64,000 nucleotides of DNA from Psammoneis japonica (taxonomy: Eukaryota): contig QPGO01000032.1 of NCBI GenBank assembly GCA_008632985.1, positions 431,330-495,329 of the forward strand. Reading direction: 5' to 3'. How positions within the stretch are numbered: position 1 is the first letter of the stretch; each line of letters begins with the position of its first letter. Below are positions 25,748 to 37,950 of this stretch, piece after piece. The position numbers and the translations under genes are program-made. A model generated the notes under the pieces. That model ran no database searches and had not been told where the DNA came from. It worked only from the letters and a program-made list of their open reading frames with translations.

Positions 25748-25930
25748 CTCTATCTACTCTCTACTCTAGCTAGAGAGTAGAGAGGAATACTCTCTCTCTA
25801 ATACAGTAGAGAGAGCTAGCTAGAGACTAGTAGAGAGTTTAGTAGAGTATGATAGAGGGCACTCATCGTAGAGACGAAGTAGAGTAACTCTCTACTAGCT
25901 AGCAGCTATTCCTCTCTACTGTAGGGAGAC
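25748..25930. repeat. Low-complexity CTCTA/TAGAG/CTAG-rich patch
   Basis: ctactctctactctagctagagagtagagag...gagagagctagctagagactagtagagag...ctctctactagctagc. Related words occur at 8240-8390 and 10585-10600. Confidence 0.7.
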
Positions 25931-26104
25931 ACAGCTACCCGAGTGCCTTCTTCCACCATGCGTACGTATCATTCCTACGCTATTCTTCTAGTAAATCTGA
26001 GCTTCCGATCAAGAGCCAACGGAAGTTCAATAGTTGCGGAGTGCGTCTCCGAACGGTGTCGAATAGCTGCCAACCTTATTTTAACAAAGCGTGAACTTCC
26101 TATG

Positions 26105-27256
26105 CTAGCTTTCCATCAAGGTCCGAGCATCCCTAAGTTCCCGACTCCTCCTTACAACCTCTGCAGGTAATTGATCGCCCAATTCTTCAAACCAAACCTC
26201 CTTTGCCGGAGCCCGAACCACCATGCGATAACTTTGAGTCAAGAAATCTAGTCCCAAAATAACGAGCGATGGAGACGTTGGTCCCCGTTCGTCATCCGTC
26301 AAAAACTCAATTCCCGCAAGGTTACCCACATAGACGTCCCCAGTCCCTAACGAGACACTACCGGCTTGAATGGGAACAGCCGAACTTGACGGAGTCAGTA
26401 TCGCTTTGCCACCATCGATACCGCCCACTTGCAAGGCCTCGTCTGTATCCTTGCCCGTCCTGATATTGGCGTCTACGGCAGCTTGTGGACTAAGCAAAGT
26501 AACAGGTGAGCCCGTATCAATGACAGCAGGTAGTTCCGTCCCATTGACCACGACGGGAATCGTTAAAAGACCGGTTGGCAATTCCTTGACGGGTACTCGT
26601 TGCAAACCCGGTCGAGCTTCATCGGAAAGTTCTTGACCGGTATAAAAAATGACTGTCGGTGGGTCACCATCTGTTCCGTACCAGTCAAGCTCGACACCGG
26701 CTGGGAAGGAATGAAAGAAGGGCAAACTGAGAAGCCCATCAATAATTCCGCCAGGACTCGGCACCGCCGCAACGACAATGTTTGTCATGAATGTAAAATT
26801 CTGCGGTAAGCCCACTAGCTGACAATCTCCTACTCTAAAGGCGTCTACCGGTTCCATCTCACCGCCCATTCCCGCCGCTCCAGCAATCTCCTGTCCGTCC
26901 ATTACCTTGGGCAAGTTCAATTCATCAATTAAGAAATCATCCAGACAGTTCATGTTGGCACCTGTATCTAAACAAAAACTCAGAGTCCTGTCATTATGCT
27001 CTGGGAATCGAAGCTGGAGTATCGGATAAGGCCCCTTGTATTCAAGGCGTGCCACAACAGCTATAACAGTTGGGCCTTGAGGCGGTGGCGGTGACGCTAC
27101 TTCGTTGTTGTTTTCCTCTGTTGCATGCCGACGGAGAAAGGTGGGTCTTGTCGGGTTCTGTGTCCTTGTTTGAACCAGAAAAGCCTCTGAAAACTCAGAA
27201 AAGTACAGTCTTACGGCAATTGCCAGGCATAAGAATAAATAGGAAGGCGGTTTCAT
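26105..27256 (-). CDS. Two-domain retropepsin-like aspartic protease with signal peptide + AF motif (likely plastid-targeted)
   Basis: Two DTG motifs (FCLDTGAN, AVIDTGS) and closing motifs DGLLSL and ILGLDFL. N-terminus MKPPSYLFLCLAIAV...SEAFLV. Confidence 0.85.
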   Translation of the reverse strand: MKPPSYLFLCLAIAVRLYFSEFSEAFLVQTRTQNPTRPTFLRRHATEENNNEVASPPPPQGPTVIAVVARLEYKGPYPILQLRFPEHNDRTLSFCLDTGANMNCLDDFLIDELNLPKVMDGQEIAGAAGMGGEMEPVDAFRVGDCQLVGLPQNFTFMTNIVVAAVPSPGGIIDGLLSLPFFHSFPAGVELDWYGTDGDPPTVIFYTGQELSDEARPGLQRVPVKELPTGLLTIPVVVNGTELPAVIDTGSPVTLLSPQAAVDANIRTGKDTDEALQVGGIDGGKAILTPSSSAVPIQAGSVSLGTGDVYVGNLAGIEFLTDDERGPTSPSLVILGLDFLTQSYRMVVRAPAKEVWFEELGDQLPAEVVRRSRELRDARTLMES

Positions 27257-27634
27257 GACAGTACTCAACCACAAGACGAGGTTTCTTTGTTGTCGATGAT
27301 GGCCGAGAGGAATGAAAATTCCAAAATTATTGATTTTATTGATGATGGGTTTCTGAGGTCCGCGCGACAAAGCGCGCGATAGAAAATCTGCGGCCAAGGA
27401 ACATTCACATTACCTTCACGTCCGAATACCATCATTAAAATTTCAAAATTTTTCGATACGTCAGAAAAAACATCACAAAAATCACAGCAACAACATATTA
27501 CAGTATCATCGCAAGTCCATCGTCCATACAGAAAGCAGAGCATCAGTTGCTGATAATTGGTAAACACCGAAAGCCCCAATCGCGAGGAAGAAGCAGTTGC
27601 TGCCATTACCCGTTGCCAGAGAAACAGAGGAAAC

Positions 27635-29199
27635 ATGAGATGCATACTGTGCACGGCTTTCTCTCATTATGTCCTTCTGGCTGCCGGATTGATTCATGTG
27701 TCCAGTTTTGTAATACCAAACTCTCACGTTAAAATCAGTCACATCGATACTACAAGTACAGAGTTTTCCAAAGTCAATGACGACGAAGAGAAGGTGGAAG
27801 CCAAACTAAACGAAAAAGTAACATATCTACCAACGCATGCGGCCAGTTTAGAACCTGCAGGAGTTCTTTGTGACACTTCGGATTGCAGAGAGGATGAATT
27901 AACCCACACGTTGCCGCACCGAGGTAAAAGTCGAAAGAGAGTGTTGGTGCTCTGCACCGGGGGAACTCTTACAATGTCAAACGATCCGTCCAAGGGAAAT
28001 TCACTTGCTCCCGTGCAGGGAGCTCTGACAGACTACTTATCAACAATGCGTGAATTGACCGAGGATCCAGAAATGCCAGAGGTCGTTGCGCATGAATACA
28101 CTCCGGTATGAATTATTGTATATTTTATTGAAGTTTGACACAATTCCAAACAAATCACCTCTCTCTTTTGTTTAGCTTATTGACAGCTCAGACATGGGTC
28201 CAGGCGACTGGAAAGTGCTCGCAGAAGACATTGCCGCCAACTATTGTGGGTCCACCCGTACTGACCACTCACTCTCTCTTGATGACGCTCATCTTATTTC
28301 TTTTATTCTTCATGTCATGACAACTTTTAGATCACTTTGATGGATTTGTCGTGTTGATGGGAACCGATACAATGGCCTACACCGCTTCTGCTTTGACATT
28401 TATGATGCAAAACTTGGGTAAGCCCGTTGTGTTTACCGGCTCGCAGATCCCTTTAAGGGAACCGTACAATGACGCACGTAAAAATCTCATCATGGCAACA
28501 ATCTTTGCGTCAAGCGACACGGTGTCAGAGGTAACTATATTTTTCCACGACAGACTGGTTAGAGCTTGCAGAGCAACAAAAGTAAACACCTCCAAGCTAT
28601 TGGCCTTTGACAGCCCCAATTTTGACCCTCTTGCCGAAATTGGAATCAACATTGAGGAAAAGGGCCATCTCTTCCGTCCGCCACCACGAGGTGCCTTTCG
28701 AATACGGACAGACATGGATACGCGTCTCATTACTCTTCGACTGGTGCCAGGGTTTGATGACACTATGATTATACTGATGATTCGCGCCGCCCGCGAGACC
28801 AATCTCAAAGGTCTGATACTGCAATTGTACGGGACGGGCAATTTACCAAGTCTCAAGGATGATCTCATTGACTGTCTGGCAGAAGCGTCGAAAGCGGGGG
28901 TTTGTGTTGTCGTGACGACACAGTGTCATACCGGCTCTGTGATTCTCGGACACTACGCGACTGGACAAGCCTTGAAGAAGGCCGGTGTGGTTAGTGCGAG
29001 CGACATGACGTTGGAGGCGACAACGACAAAGCTCGCCTATTTATTAGGAAGACAAGATTTGAGCGTTGATGAGGTGCGTGAATTGATTGGAGTGGATCTG
29101 AGAGGAGAAATCACGCCCGAGGGTCTGCTTCCACCTCCTCCCTTGGCAAGTACATATCAAAAGGCCATTGCCAAGCATAATAGAAGTCGAATATTTTGA
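27635..29199 (+). CDS. Type I L-asparaginase (AnsA-like), 3 exons, possible plastid presequence
   Basis: LCTGGTLTM, LIDSSDM, MGTDTMAYTAS and KPVVFTGSQIP motifs. GT-AG introns at 28106-28175 and 28246-28330 join in frame. N-terminus has a hydrophobic stretch followed by VSSFV. Confidence 0.9.
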
Positions 29200-29429
29200 G
29201 GCCAAGCTTGGCCTATCGTGAAATTCCACCGCTGCTGTCGACAACGAATGAGAGCACTACAAAGTGCCAAAGACACTTCAAACTAAAGCAGTGTGCTGTT
29301 CCAAACCAACAAAAAAGAAATGCTGACGACATGAAAGGAGAGTAAGAAAGCTAAACGGCAACCTAGGGGCTACACGTATAAAACACTTCTATCATCTAAT
29401 TTTACTCTAAGACCGATTTTTGTTTTCGT

Positions 29430-31029
29430 CTACAGTGCACAGCGAGTAGCCATGCTTTGGTCAACTGTACATTCAACTTGCCCCGACCATTTCCCGGCAA
29501 ACCGCACAAGGATAGCCAAAGGCCTGTTCGTGTGTTTGATAGAATAGGCCATTGGCCTTCCATTGAAGAGGCTGCACGAGACGCTGCCATTTGCAAGCGG
29601 GGCAGAATCGAAAAGGAGATCGTCAGCAAAATCAATCGTTACCACCTTTTGTCTCTCTACCGAAACCTTCTTTCGCGCTCGTGTGCTGCGGTAGCCAGCG
29701 TCGCGTTTGACCATGTTTCCTTCGATTCGAGTATCATGAACACTTGTAAAGTTGGCGTCCAACAGTACCGCCCCTCTTGCACAGGAACCAATCTTGACAT
29801 CATTTGCGCAACTAAAAAGATTGTTTGTAATAACCATTTCGTGGACAGCGTGTCGCCAATGAGGTGCGGTGAGAATCACGCTTGCATTCTTGAGAAACAC
29901 ATTGCCACTGACGAGCACTGGTCCTGATCCGGTAATGTTGAGGACCAGCGGCACCGTGTCCAGATAGCAGTCCACAACACGCGCTCTGCCGTTTATGACC
30001 ACAATTCCCAGTCCAACGCCATTATAATCCGACGTTTGGTGTCCATGGTCAGGATCCGTGACAAAATTCCATGGATGCACCCCGATAATGTGTTGTGCCG
30101 TTCAGTGTGACACAACTCCAATTTTTGCAGACCAAATGATCGAGTTGGTAATGTACCCGTCTTTCTGAGGATGGGAAAAGTGGATAGCCGTCCCGTTCAG
30201 TTGCGTGTAGTTATGAGCGCGCAAGTAATGACTTGGAAATTCACCAGCAAACACTCCCCGAATAATGGTTCCTCCACTTCCAAACGCCGTAATACCAAAC
30301 GTGCTAAATCCCAAAACCATGATTCCCGGCCCGACAGTGGCAAAACTTGTATGATCCAGATAGAGGCATCCTCCAGCTCGTTTCTTGGCATCTAGTGTAA
30401 GCTGCTGAACACCAATGTTCGATGTACACTGCCCACTTTCTTGCCAATCAGCAGTACAGTTGTGACCAAAAATTAGTAAAAAGGATTCGATCGATCCGTC
30501 TGCAGGCGAGAAATTGTCAGCCGCAAAAATAGTCCCACCCATTATCCACAGATTGCCCATGCCTGCAGGAATACGAACTGGCTCAGAGACTCTGTACCAC
30601 CCACCACGCAAATCAAGAACAGCACCACCACAGTTCTTTCTAATATGCTTTGGAGATAACAGTACTCGTTTGTCGCTGGTGGGAGCGTCGTGTTTACAGA
30701 GATAAGAAAGCGCCTCGATTGCTTTCTGAAAAGCAGCAGAGCTGTCCTTTTTGCCCAGTGGGTCTCCACCATAATCGATAGGGCTGATAGCAGTTGCTCT
30801 GATGGACTTTTTTCTCTACAATTACGGGATTCATGGACGATATCGAGCCGTCTTGATATGCCAGTTGAGTCGGATGCCAATCGGAAGGAGTCGTCGCCCT
30901 GCGCAGGTACATTTCCTGTTGACCTTCAAAATGTCCCTGAAGAGGAATTCCCAGCACAGGAAGCGACGTAGCAAGTGCGAGTGCGCATGTAAAGAATAAC
31001 ATACAAACAGGGTGATAAGTACAACGCAT
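29430..31029 (-). CDS. Secreted pectin-lyase-fold (QRT3/polygalacturonase-like) beta-helix protein; frameshifted in this assembly
   Basis: Signal peptide. GGDP.G.KDSSAAF and LDLRGGWYRVSEPVRIP N-terminal pectate_lyase_3-like motifs. 'DGYITNSIIWSAKIGV', 'H.WN' and 'VVDCYLD..PLV' resemble QRT3. Split over three frames. Confidence 0.7.
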
Positions 31030-31533
31030 GGCAAAAGAGCAAGGTAGTCATTTAGTAAAGCCTGCCATAGTTGACGAATAATTGACGACCGTCACGGTCA
31101 CAAGGCGGTGGCGATGCATGGTGCGAGGTCTGTCGCGATGTTTCGCAAGGGATTTCGAAAATTCAATATGATATTAGTATTTGCATATTTTAAATCTTAT
31201 TTCGAAATTTTTTGAACTTCAACTTTACTTTCTCTCTGCCAAATCCAGCGCCGAAGAAAAGATCCGAGATCGATTGTTGTCCAAAATCAAAAGCTTCGCG
31301 CCGCCATCCGCGATGATTCCAAAGGTGTTCCAGTCGTGCCGAGTCAAAAAATGCTTCTTCCGAATCACACACACCACATCAAGCGTCACTTTTGCAAATT
31401 CTGATGTGACCGCAGGTGCATCGAAGAGAGGCAAGAGATGTGAAAGCAAATGAACGTTGCGTCTTGGTAAAAAATAAGATCCATCAACGCATGCGCCGTT
31501 TTGTCTTTGCTTCTCTCTATTTTCAGAGATGAA

Positions 31534-34460
31534 ATGAGTGAGCTGGAAGAATTTGAAGAGGAGGAAGAATTTGAAGAGGAGAAAGAATTCTCTGAGGAAG
31601 AAGACTCAGAAGAATGCCCCTCTGAAGAAGAAGACGAGGAATCGTCTGATCGCAACGATGACTCAGAGTCATCGTCCCTACAAGATAGCGAGACTTCAGA
31701 TGAGGACTCCGACGACAACAGCAGAGAGCGTCGAGCGAAGATAAAGGCAGCCAGTCACACTGCCAAGGTTGTTTGCAAAGTTCCATCTGGAGACGAATCA
31801 TCGTCATCTTCGAGTGATGATGACTCCTCGTCTTCAAGCGGCGATTCATCACACTGTGTCATGGGGAGCGGTCCATCGAAGCGAGCAACCAGGCACTCTC
31901 GAAAGAAGTCCCCTCGTTCAAAGCTGTCCTCTAGAAAGCAAAAGAACTCACGGAAAGCCACGAGAACCTCTGTGCCGACCTCACTGATGGTGACACATCC
32001 TCCCACTATTCGGATGAAGAGGACAGCTATGACAGCGACGACGAAGTAGGTTGTGACTACGCCAACGACGAAATCGTCGCTGAAATCATTGATGACATCC
32101 GTCACAAGGACGCTGTTAGCTGGTGTCGCCCATTTCAAGGAGCCTGCTTTGCGAATGCTGGGCAGGCCGGCCATGCGAATCTGCCCGAGTGCGAACTCAA
32201 TGACGAAAATACAAAGGTCACCGTTCCAAGCATGTACGTAAAGGACGTCAAGGCTAGCAACGACCTCACTTTACAAGCTCAAACAACTGAAGGTACCTTT
32301 CATTTTCCAAAGGCAGGGACGAGTTTCACCTTTCCATTGCAAGAAGCAACAGCAAAAGCGAAAGACTGGTTAATCCTCTTCTTCTTTTCCTTTTTCTTTT
32401 CTGTAGATCTCAATGACTTGTCGCAAGTTTCACACCAGGCCGCTGGATTTGACTCCGCTAGTGGAAGACGGATGGCGATCCACCAAGATTGGAAATCGCT
32501 ACTTCATGAGTCTAGAAACGGGCGCCGAAACAGGAGGATACGCTCTTGCCCAAGTTATCAACAAAGACAACGCCAATGAACTGGTCGTTCCTAGAGTCCT
32601 GCTTGAAAGATTCACAGGCTTTGCCACAAGTGTGAATTCGAGGCGAGGGTAAGTCCGTTGCTTCCACCCTGATTGTGTGCTTTCCTAATTGTCAGCCTCA
32701 CCGTCCCTTCTCTTCACTTCTTGTCAGGTATGCAGTGTTTGAAGTTTCTCCTGTCGGCGGTGACTGGTTTGCCCTCTGGAACATTCAGATATTAGGAAGA
32801 GAAGAGGGCGGAACCGCTCCCTTTAAAACCAGTGAGAAGTCCAAGTCAGTCCTATCGATTTCCGGAGGAGGCAAGCGGTACAAGAAAGAGTACGAAACGG
32901 CTCGGCACCTTGGCGTGAGAGGTAGCGGTCGAATGATCAGCGAGTATGAGGCTGAAACCATTCGAGAGGCCGTTAGTGCCAAGGACTACGTTCCAATGAA
33001 GTGGATGGACGGAAAGTTTTCCGAGCAAATTGACGAGCCACGTCTTGAAGTCCCCGGGCTTGAAATATGCCGCACTGCGTATCCAGAGGGTGGCATGCGG
33101 TGGACGGACAAAGTTTGCGCCTTAATGGTGCCAAAGCCCCTGAATGGGCTTACATTTGACCTTCACAGCGTCAAATTTCACAAGGAAGGCCTCACCTGTA
33201 TGGGCCTTAACAAGGCTGAGGACGGCCACCCGGTAGGTGATGGATACAGGACTGCATTGAGTTGTCTCGGTGCAAGCACTCTTGACGTTGCTGCTCCAGA
33301 GTACGTACGGATTGGGGAAGAGTTGCAGAAATCCCTTCGTGACGTCTTTGTTCGTGACGAGGGCAACAACGAGCGTGATGCATTGAGGCTTCACTGTGTC
33401 AAGACGAAGCGCTTTCACCTGGAAAAGATGTCGAGAGGTGATAAAGTACTCAGAACGGCCGGTACCATTGCGGCGGTGACAGCAGTAACTGCTGGTGTGA
33501 TAGCTGGGGCAGCGACAGTTGCGGGAGGCGCTGTAGGTGCCGCTGTTGCCTCTCCAAAGGTACGGAGGTCACACGGCAAGGAAGACGAGAAGGTGAAAGT
33601 CGTGAATGGGTACATCAAGTATCCCGTTTACAAAGTAACTCCCGTCCTTTGTATTGGGCGACGTTGGTACGACCCATTCAAGCTTAAACCTTTGGTCCTG
33701 AAAAGCCATGTGACGCCAAAAGAAGTTCGATACCTTGATATCAGAATTGACAAGCTCACGAAGAAGAAGCGTGGCAGGAAAAGGGCATCCAAAATCAAGA
33801 CGGCTAAAAAGAAACGCCATCCCGCGGAACAGGACGCACATATGCTGCGAATGTCGGAACAGCAGCAAGTTGACGACGACGTACGCAGTGTAGTAAGCAA
33901 ATGCACTACAACGTTTGCGGACGGATCTGTCAAGAAAGAAACTTTCTTTTCGGACGGCACCAAGGTTACTGTACGCACCATGAATGCTCCAGCAGGTGGG
34001 AGCTCGGGATCTAGCAAGAAGAGCTCTGGCAACAGCAAAAAGAGCGGAAGGAAAACTTGCCTTTCTGTTCCTCAAGTGATCTGTGAGGACCACGATGAGT
34101 CAGTCCCTCAAGTAATGGATGCCATGAATGCTGTTCACATTGTCACACCTGAGACATCTCCGAAAAGGAAGAAGAATAAAGTCGGCGGCAGCGTCAAGTT
34201 GAAAGTCAGCAACTTCTGGGATGCGGAATGGCGTCGTCCGCAAGAAGGCACCAAAGGAGAGTCGTCCCTCTTCGATGTCCAAGCCAAGCAAGAGACACGT
34301 CAAAGAGGAGGCAGAATTTGTCGTTGGAGCCTTTGATAGTGACGACTCTGATGAGAATGCCAGCTTCCACCCGCCCGTTCAGGTATCCGGCATGAGCCAC
34401 GGTCAATTTGCTTCGTCGGCTCGCTTTTTGCGAACTGACAGTGGAGACGATCCGTTGTGA
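31534..34460 (+). CDS. Hypothetical protein with acidic/Ser-rich N-terminus and Lys-rich C-terminus, multi-exon
   Basis: EEFEEEEEF/SSSSS tract ORF, likely introns at about 32292-32406 and 32649-32728, then a 553-aa ORF. Frame breaks near 31960 and 34300. No recognised domain. Confidence 0.6.
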
Positions 34461-34759
34461 ATCGCAAATCTGTATGGTTTATCCATGATCCATTTTGAAC
34501 ACTACTACATGTTACGAACGCCATGCATTTTCATTCGCTTTCTTTTAATCGTTGAACCTTGTCGAATTTGGGAAATCGTTGAACCTTGTCGAATTTGGGT
34601 TTTCCTGCATTCCTGCATCCGCATACGGCATGCTTCTGCTGCTAGAATTGACCGTATCTTCGTCGTTTCACATAGATATTATGTGCCCAGTGCTTCTTAC
34701 ACGGGCTCGTTGTTACTAGACCTCGCAGGGAACGACTGATTTGACGATCACATCGTAGC

Positions 34760-36507
34760 TGTCTACTACTATGGTGTAATGCTAAGTAGGCATGCCCTAT
34801 CACTCTTTGGAGTTGGAGTAGTCAGTATAAGCTTTTGAGCACATGCAGCTTACATGCAACGTTATCGCTGGCTCTAAATCGTTACTTGACGTGCTGCCAT
34901 TTGGGATTTGTGACCTGTACTATAGGGAGTGACATACTTCCCGCTTTCTCTTAGAAGTACTAATGCGTTGTTTCGAGAATAACTTTCGTCATAAACAATC
35001 TATGCTACACATCCGATAGATCATCGATAGAACGCTTTGTTCCACTCATTGTTGTTTCACCATGAACGACTTCAGGCTTTTTGGGCGAAGGTGATGATCT
35101 TCGATTGGGCCCCCTTTCAAATATTTCTGGTTTCTGCCTGATAAACTCGTACAGCAAAGAGGTATGACCAAGAACATTGACATCGTGGTTCCGAATACTG
35201 GTTAACGCATAAGGCCAAAGAGCAGCAGGAAAGCCGACTTCGTGGGTGTCGGTACACCAATCCCAATAACCCACCGAGTTTCGGCTGCAGTAGTAATCAA
35301 TGTCGTCGAAGATCGCTTTTTGTTGTGACGTAACGGCAAAGGTGTCTCCGAAGCTTGCATGAACAAGAGTTTTGTTTCTTCCTTCCGCGAGCATATTTCT
35401 GATTCTGGATGTTACGCGCAATCCCCTCACATCCCGGCAGAAACGGATCTCCTTCAACGTAGAGTTACCCTTTAGGCCTTCTGTAATTACAGTGACACCC
35501 TGTCTTGTAATCGACGGGCAATAGCTCAAGTCCAGTTTCTCCAGTGACTTATTGATCAGGAGCATGTCTTTCATGAGAATTGCACCTTCCAAACCAACGT
35601 CGCTGCCCTTCAGCGACAAAGTCTTCAAAGTGCTATTGATGAACATGAGAGATTGCATCATTTCCGCAAATCCTCTCCCTGCTTTACAAGGAAGCTTTAA
35701 ATCGATCAGTGACTTGTTCACCGCGAGAGCCTGAGCAAGGGGACGACACACTTCATCCCCGAACATTGTCTCCGCGATGGGATCATCCATAAGTGCTACA
35801 GAATGCAGTTGCAGAGATTCAAGGCTCTTGTTTTTAGCTAACGCCTCACCAAGTGCCTTTCCATCAGCCACGCCAAGCGAAAAGTCATTCAAGCATAGAA
35901 CTTTCAACGAATGGTTTTTCGACAGCGCAGCGAAGAATTCAACTTTTTTGTTCTCGGCACCTCGTCTGCTTTCCACCGAACCGGGGTACCTTCTCAATTC
36001 GAGTTGTTCCAATGTATGATTAACCACCAATGCTTCTCCAAGTGCACACCAATCTTGGTGCTTGATCAAATAGTTCGACAATGTTAACCTCTTCAAAGTG
36101 TTGTTATCTTTGATTGATGCCCACAACGCCATGAAACTAGGTGCAACACTACGGTAGGTAGAAAACTCCAAGCCCTCCACAATACATGAACTCAACAGCT
36201 GCTCCGTAATCATCTTGACCCCCTCTCCATTGTACCAATAATTTTTAAACCTCAATGTACCTATTTGCTTTGGAACCGGACCTACCTTCAAGGCAGATGC
36301 TACTTCTTCCCATTGTATGTGTGCATGGATGCGAGCAGGTTTGAGACAAATATCCTTGAACTTTCTATTTCTTGCGATGTCACACAGAAACTTCCCCCTG
36401 CCGTCCTCAGACCTTAAGGAAAATTCTGCGCTCATTCTTTTATCTATCTTTATGGATTGGAATCGGAATTACAGCTGATGTGCGTTACTGACTACAGTGC
36501 TGGCCGT
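34760..36507. repeat. Left arm of a ~1.75-kb inverted duplication (partner 53429-55153) containing the LRR gene plus flanks
   Basis: Coding sequence, 3' flank (cactctttggagttggagtag.. / ctactccaactccaaagagtg) and 5' flank (tgcgttactgactacagtgctggccgt / acggccagcactgtagtcagtaacgca) are reverse complements. Confidence 0.92.
35005..36435 (-). CDS. RNI-like (NLRC3-type) leucine-rich-repeat protein, 476 aa
   Basis: Repeated 'L.EAL..N.SL..L.L' units (NNTLKRLTL, NHTLEQLEL, NKSLESLQL, NSTLKTLSL). C-terminal 'ALWP.AL..........LLYEFIR.KP' motif common in diatom LRR proteins. Confidence 0.85.
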   Translation of the reverse strand: MSAEFSLRSEDGRGKFLCDIARNRKFKDICLKPARIHAHIQWEEVASALKVGPVPKQIGTLRFKNYWYNGEGVKMITEQLLSSCIVEGLEFSTYRSVAPSFMALWASIKDNNTLKRLTLSNYLIKHQDWCALGEALVVNHTLEQLELRRYPGSVESRRGAENKKVEFFAALSKNHSLKVLCLNDFSLGVADGKALGEALAKNKSLESLQLHSVALMDDPIAETMFGDEVCRPLAQALAVNKSLIDLKLPCKAGRGFAEMMQSLMFINSTLKTLSLKGSDVGLEGAILMKDMLLINKSLEKLDLSYCPSITRQGVTVITEGLKGNSTLKEIRFCRDVRGLRVTSRIRNMLAEGRNKTLVHASFGDTFAVTSQQKAIFDDIDYYCSRNSVGYWDWCTDTHEVGFPAALWPYALTSIRNHDVNVLGHTSLLYEFIRQKPEIFERGPNRRSSPSPKKPEVVHGETTMSGTKRSIDDLSDV

Positions 36508-36529
36508 GAAGTACAGTGTAGACTATGAT

Positions 36530-37675
36530 AGAGAGATGCTGGTTGAATGTTGAATGTGATTGCGTGATGCATGATGGCACCATGATGCATCAGCAGGAAA
36601 CAGAAGAATCCACGGAATCGCAATCGCACGGAATGTGTGCGCGACTCCGTCCATCAAGAGCAAGACCTCAAAACGGAATGCGAATGACACGGAGCAAAAC
36701 GAAAAAAGCCTCATCAAAATCCGCCTCACATTCCGACTCATGTGCCACATTCCGCACCCAGGATGCAATTTGCACATTCCGTTTCAACATTTCGTTTGTT
36801 AGAAAGAGGCCATTTATTTTACATTCCATGATTTGCCATTCCTTTTGCCACGTTCCGTTTGTGGATTCCTTGTGCTCAATCAAAGACACAGAATGCAATG
36901 GTTTGACTTTCCGCGCTGCGATCAGCGTGTGGCATGCCAGCCACAGCATGTGATGTGGAGTGCACAGCAAAATGAAGTGAAGTTCTAAAATGGGATTGTT
37001 GTGCTGCTGCTTTTCCAGCCATTGAACAACAACTCTCCTGCTCCGCCCGTGCTGGTGCTCTGCCTGCCTTTGCACAACCCCCATCGCTTTGCTGCGCACC
37101 ACTCAGCCGAGTCTCAGAGTGATGTGCTTCTTTTTCTGACAATCTTGGTTGCCCACTGGATGACAAGGGGTGCTTCAACCTTTCCAAAACATGAGCACAA
37201 TGTGACAAATTAAAAAGTGAGCAAACAGGTTCAAGGTTGCAGAAAAAAGCCAAAAAGATGGCACACACGGGCTGTTGATGGGCACGACTGCCCCCACACT
37301 TCTCTGTCACCAGAAAATGGAGCAGCCAGTGATGCGGCGCCACACTCTCAGCTGCAAAGCGGCTGCACTTGGAATCAGAACCCTGTTGAAAATGCACCTC
37401 AACAGCAAAAAGAGAGAAGAAAATGAAAGTGCAAGCGAGCTTTGCTTGAAGTTCCAAGCAAAATCCCACCACAACTTGCCATCAAGCACGCCACAATTGT
37501 CACCCATCAAACCATGCAATCATGTGCTTGCTGCTGCCATTGTTTGTCATTGTTGCTTTGGATCCCACCGCTGTTGTGTTTCTTCATTTTGTGAGAGACG
37601 AGCGGATGAGAAGCAAGAGAAAAAATTGTGTCCAATGCAAATCCTCTAAAAAAACATGCAGCATTTAACGGAGTT
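36530..37675. repeat. TpA-depleted degenerate repeat, left flank of the nested element
   Basis: TA becomes rare from about 36530. Clustered CGGAAT/ATTCCG words at 36610-36870. No assignable ORF. Confidence 0.5.
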
Positions 37676-37950
37676 CGTCTGGTGGGGCAACAATCCGAGA
37701 TGCGAGCCAGCATGGCAAAATTTCCGTCACTGCGGAAAGTCGGATTTGTCCCATGTTGTTAATTTCCTGATGCTGACTCTGCACGCCGGCGTGCAGACAA
37801 CTGATGTTGTGCATTAAACCAAGCCACAATCTCACACGCTTAATGCCTGAGTTGATTTGTGCAACCCAATCTTGTCACCTGCCATGTGGTTTTTTTACCA
37901 TGTGGTTCGTCCCACTTGTTTTCATGTCATTCGTTTTTGCAACACGAACA

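Noticed and set aside
34547..34599. 27-bp direct repeat x2 (aatcgttgaaccttgtcgaatttggg) as CRISPR-like
   Set aside because: Adjacent tandem duplication with no spacer, only two units, eukaryotic context.
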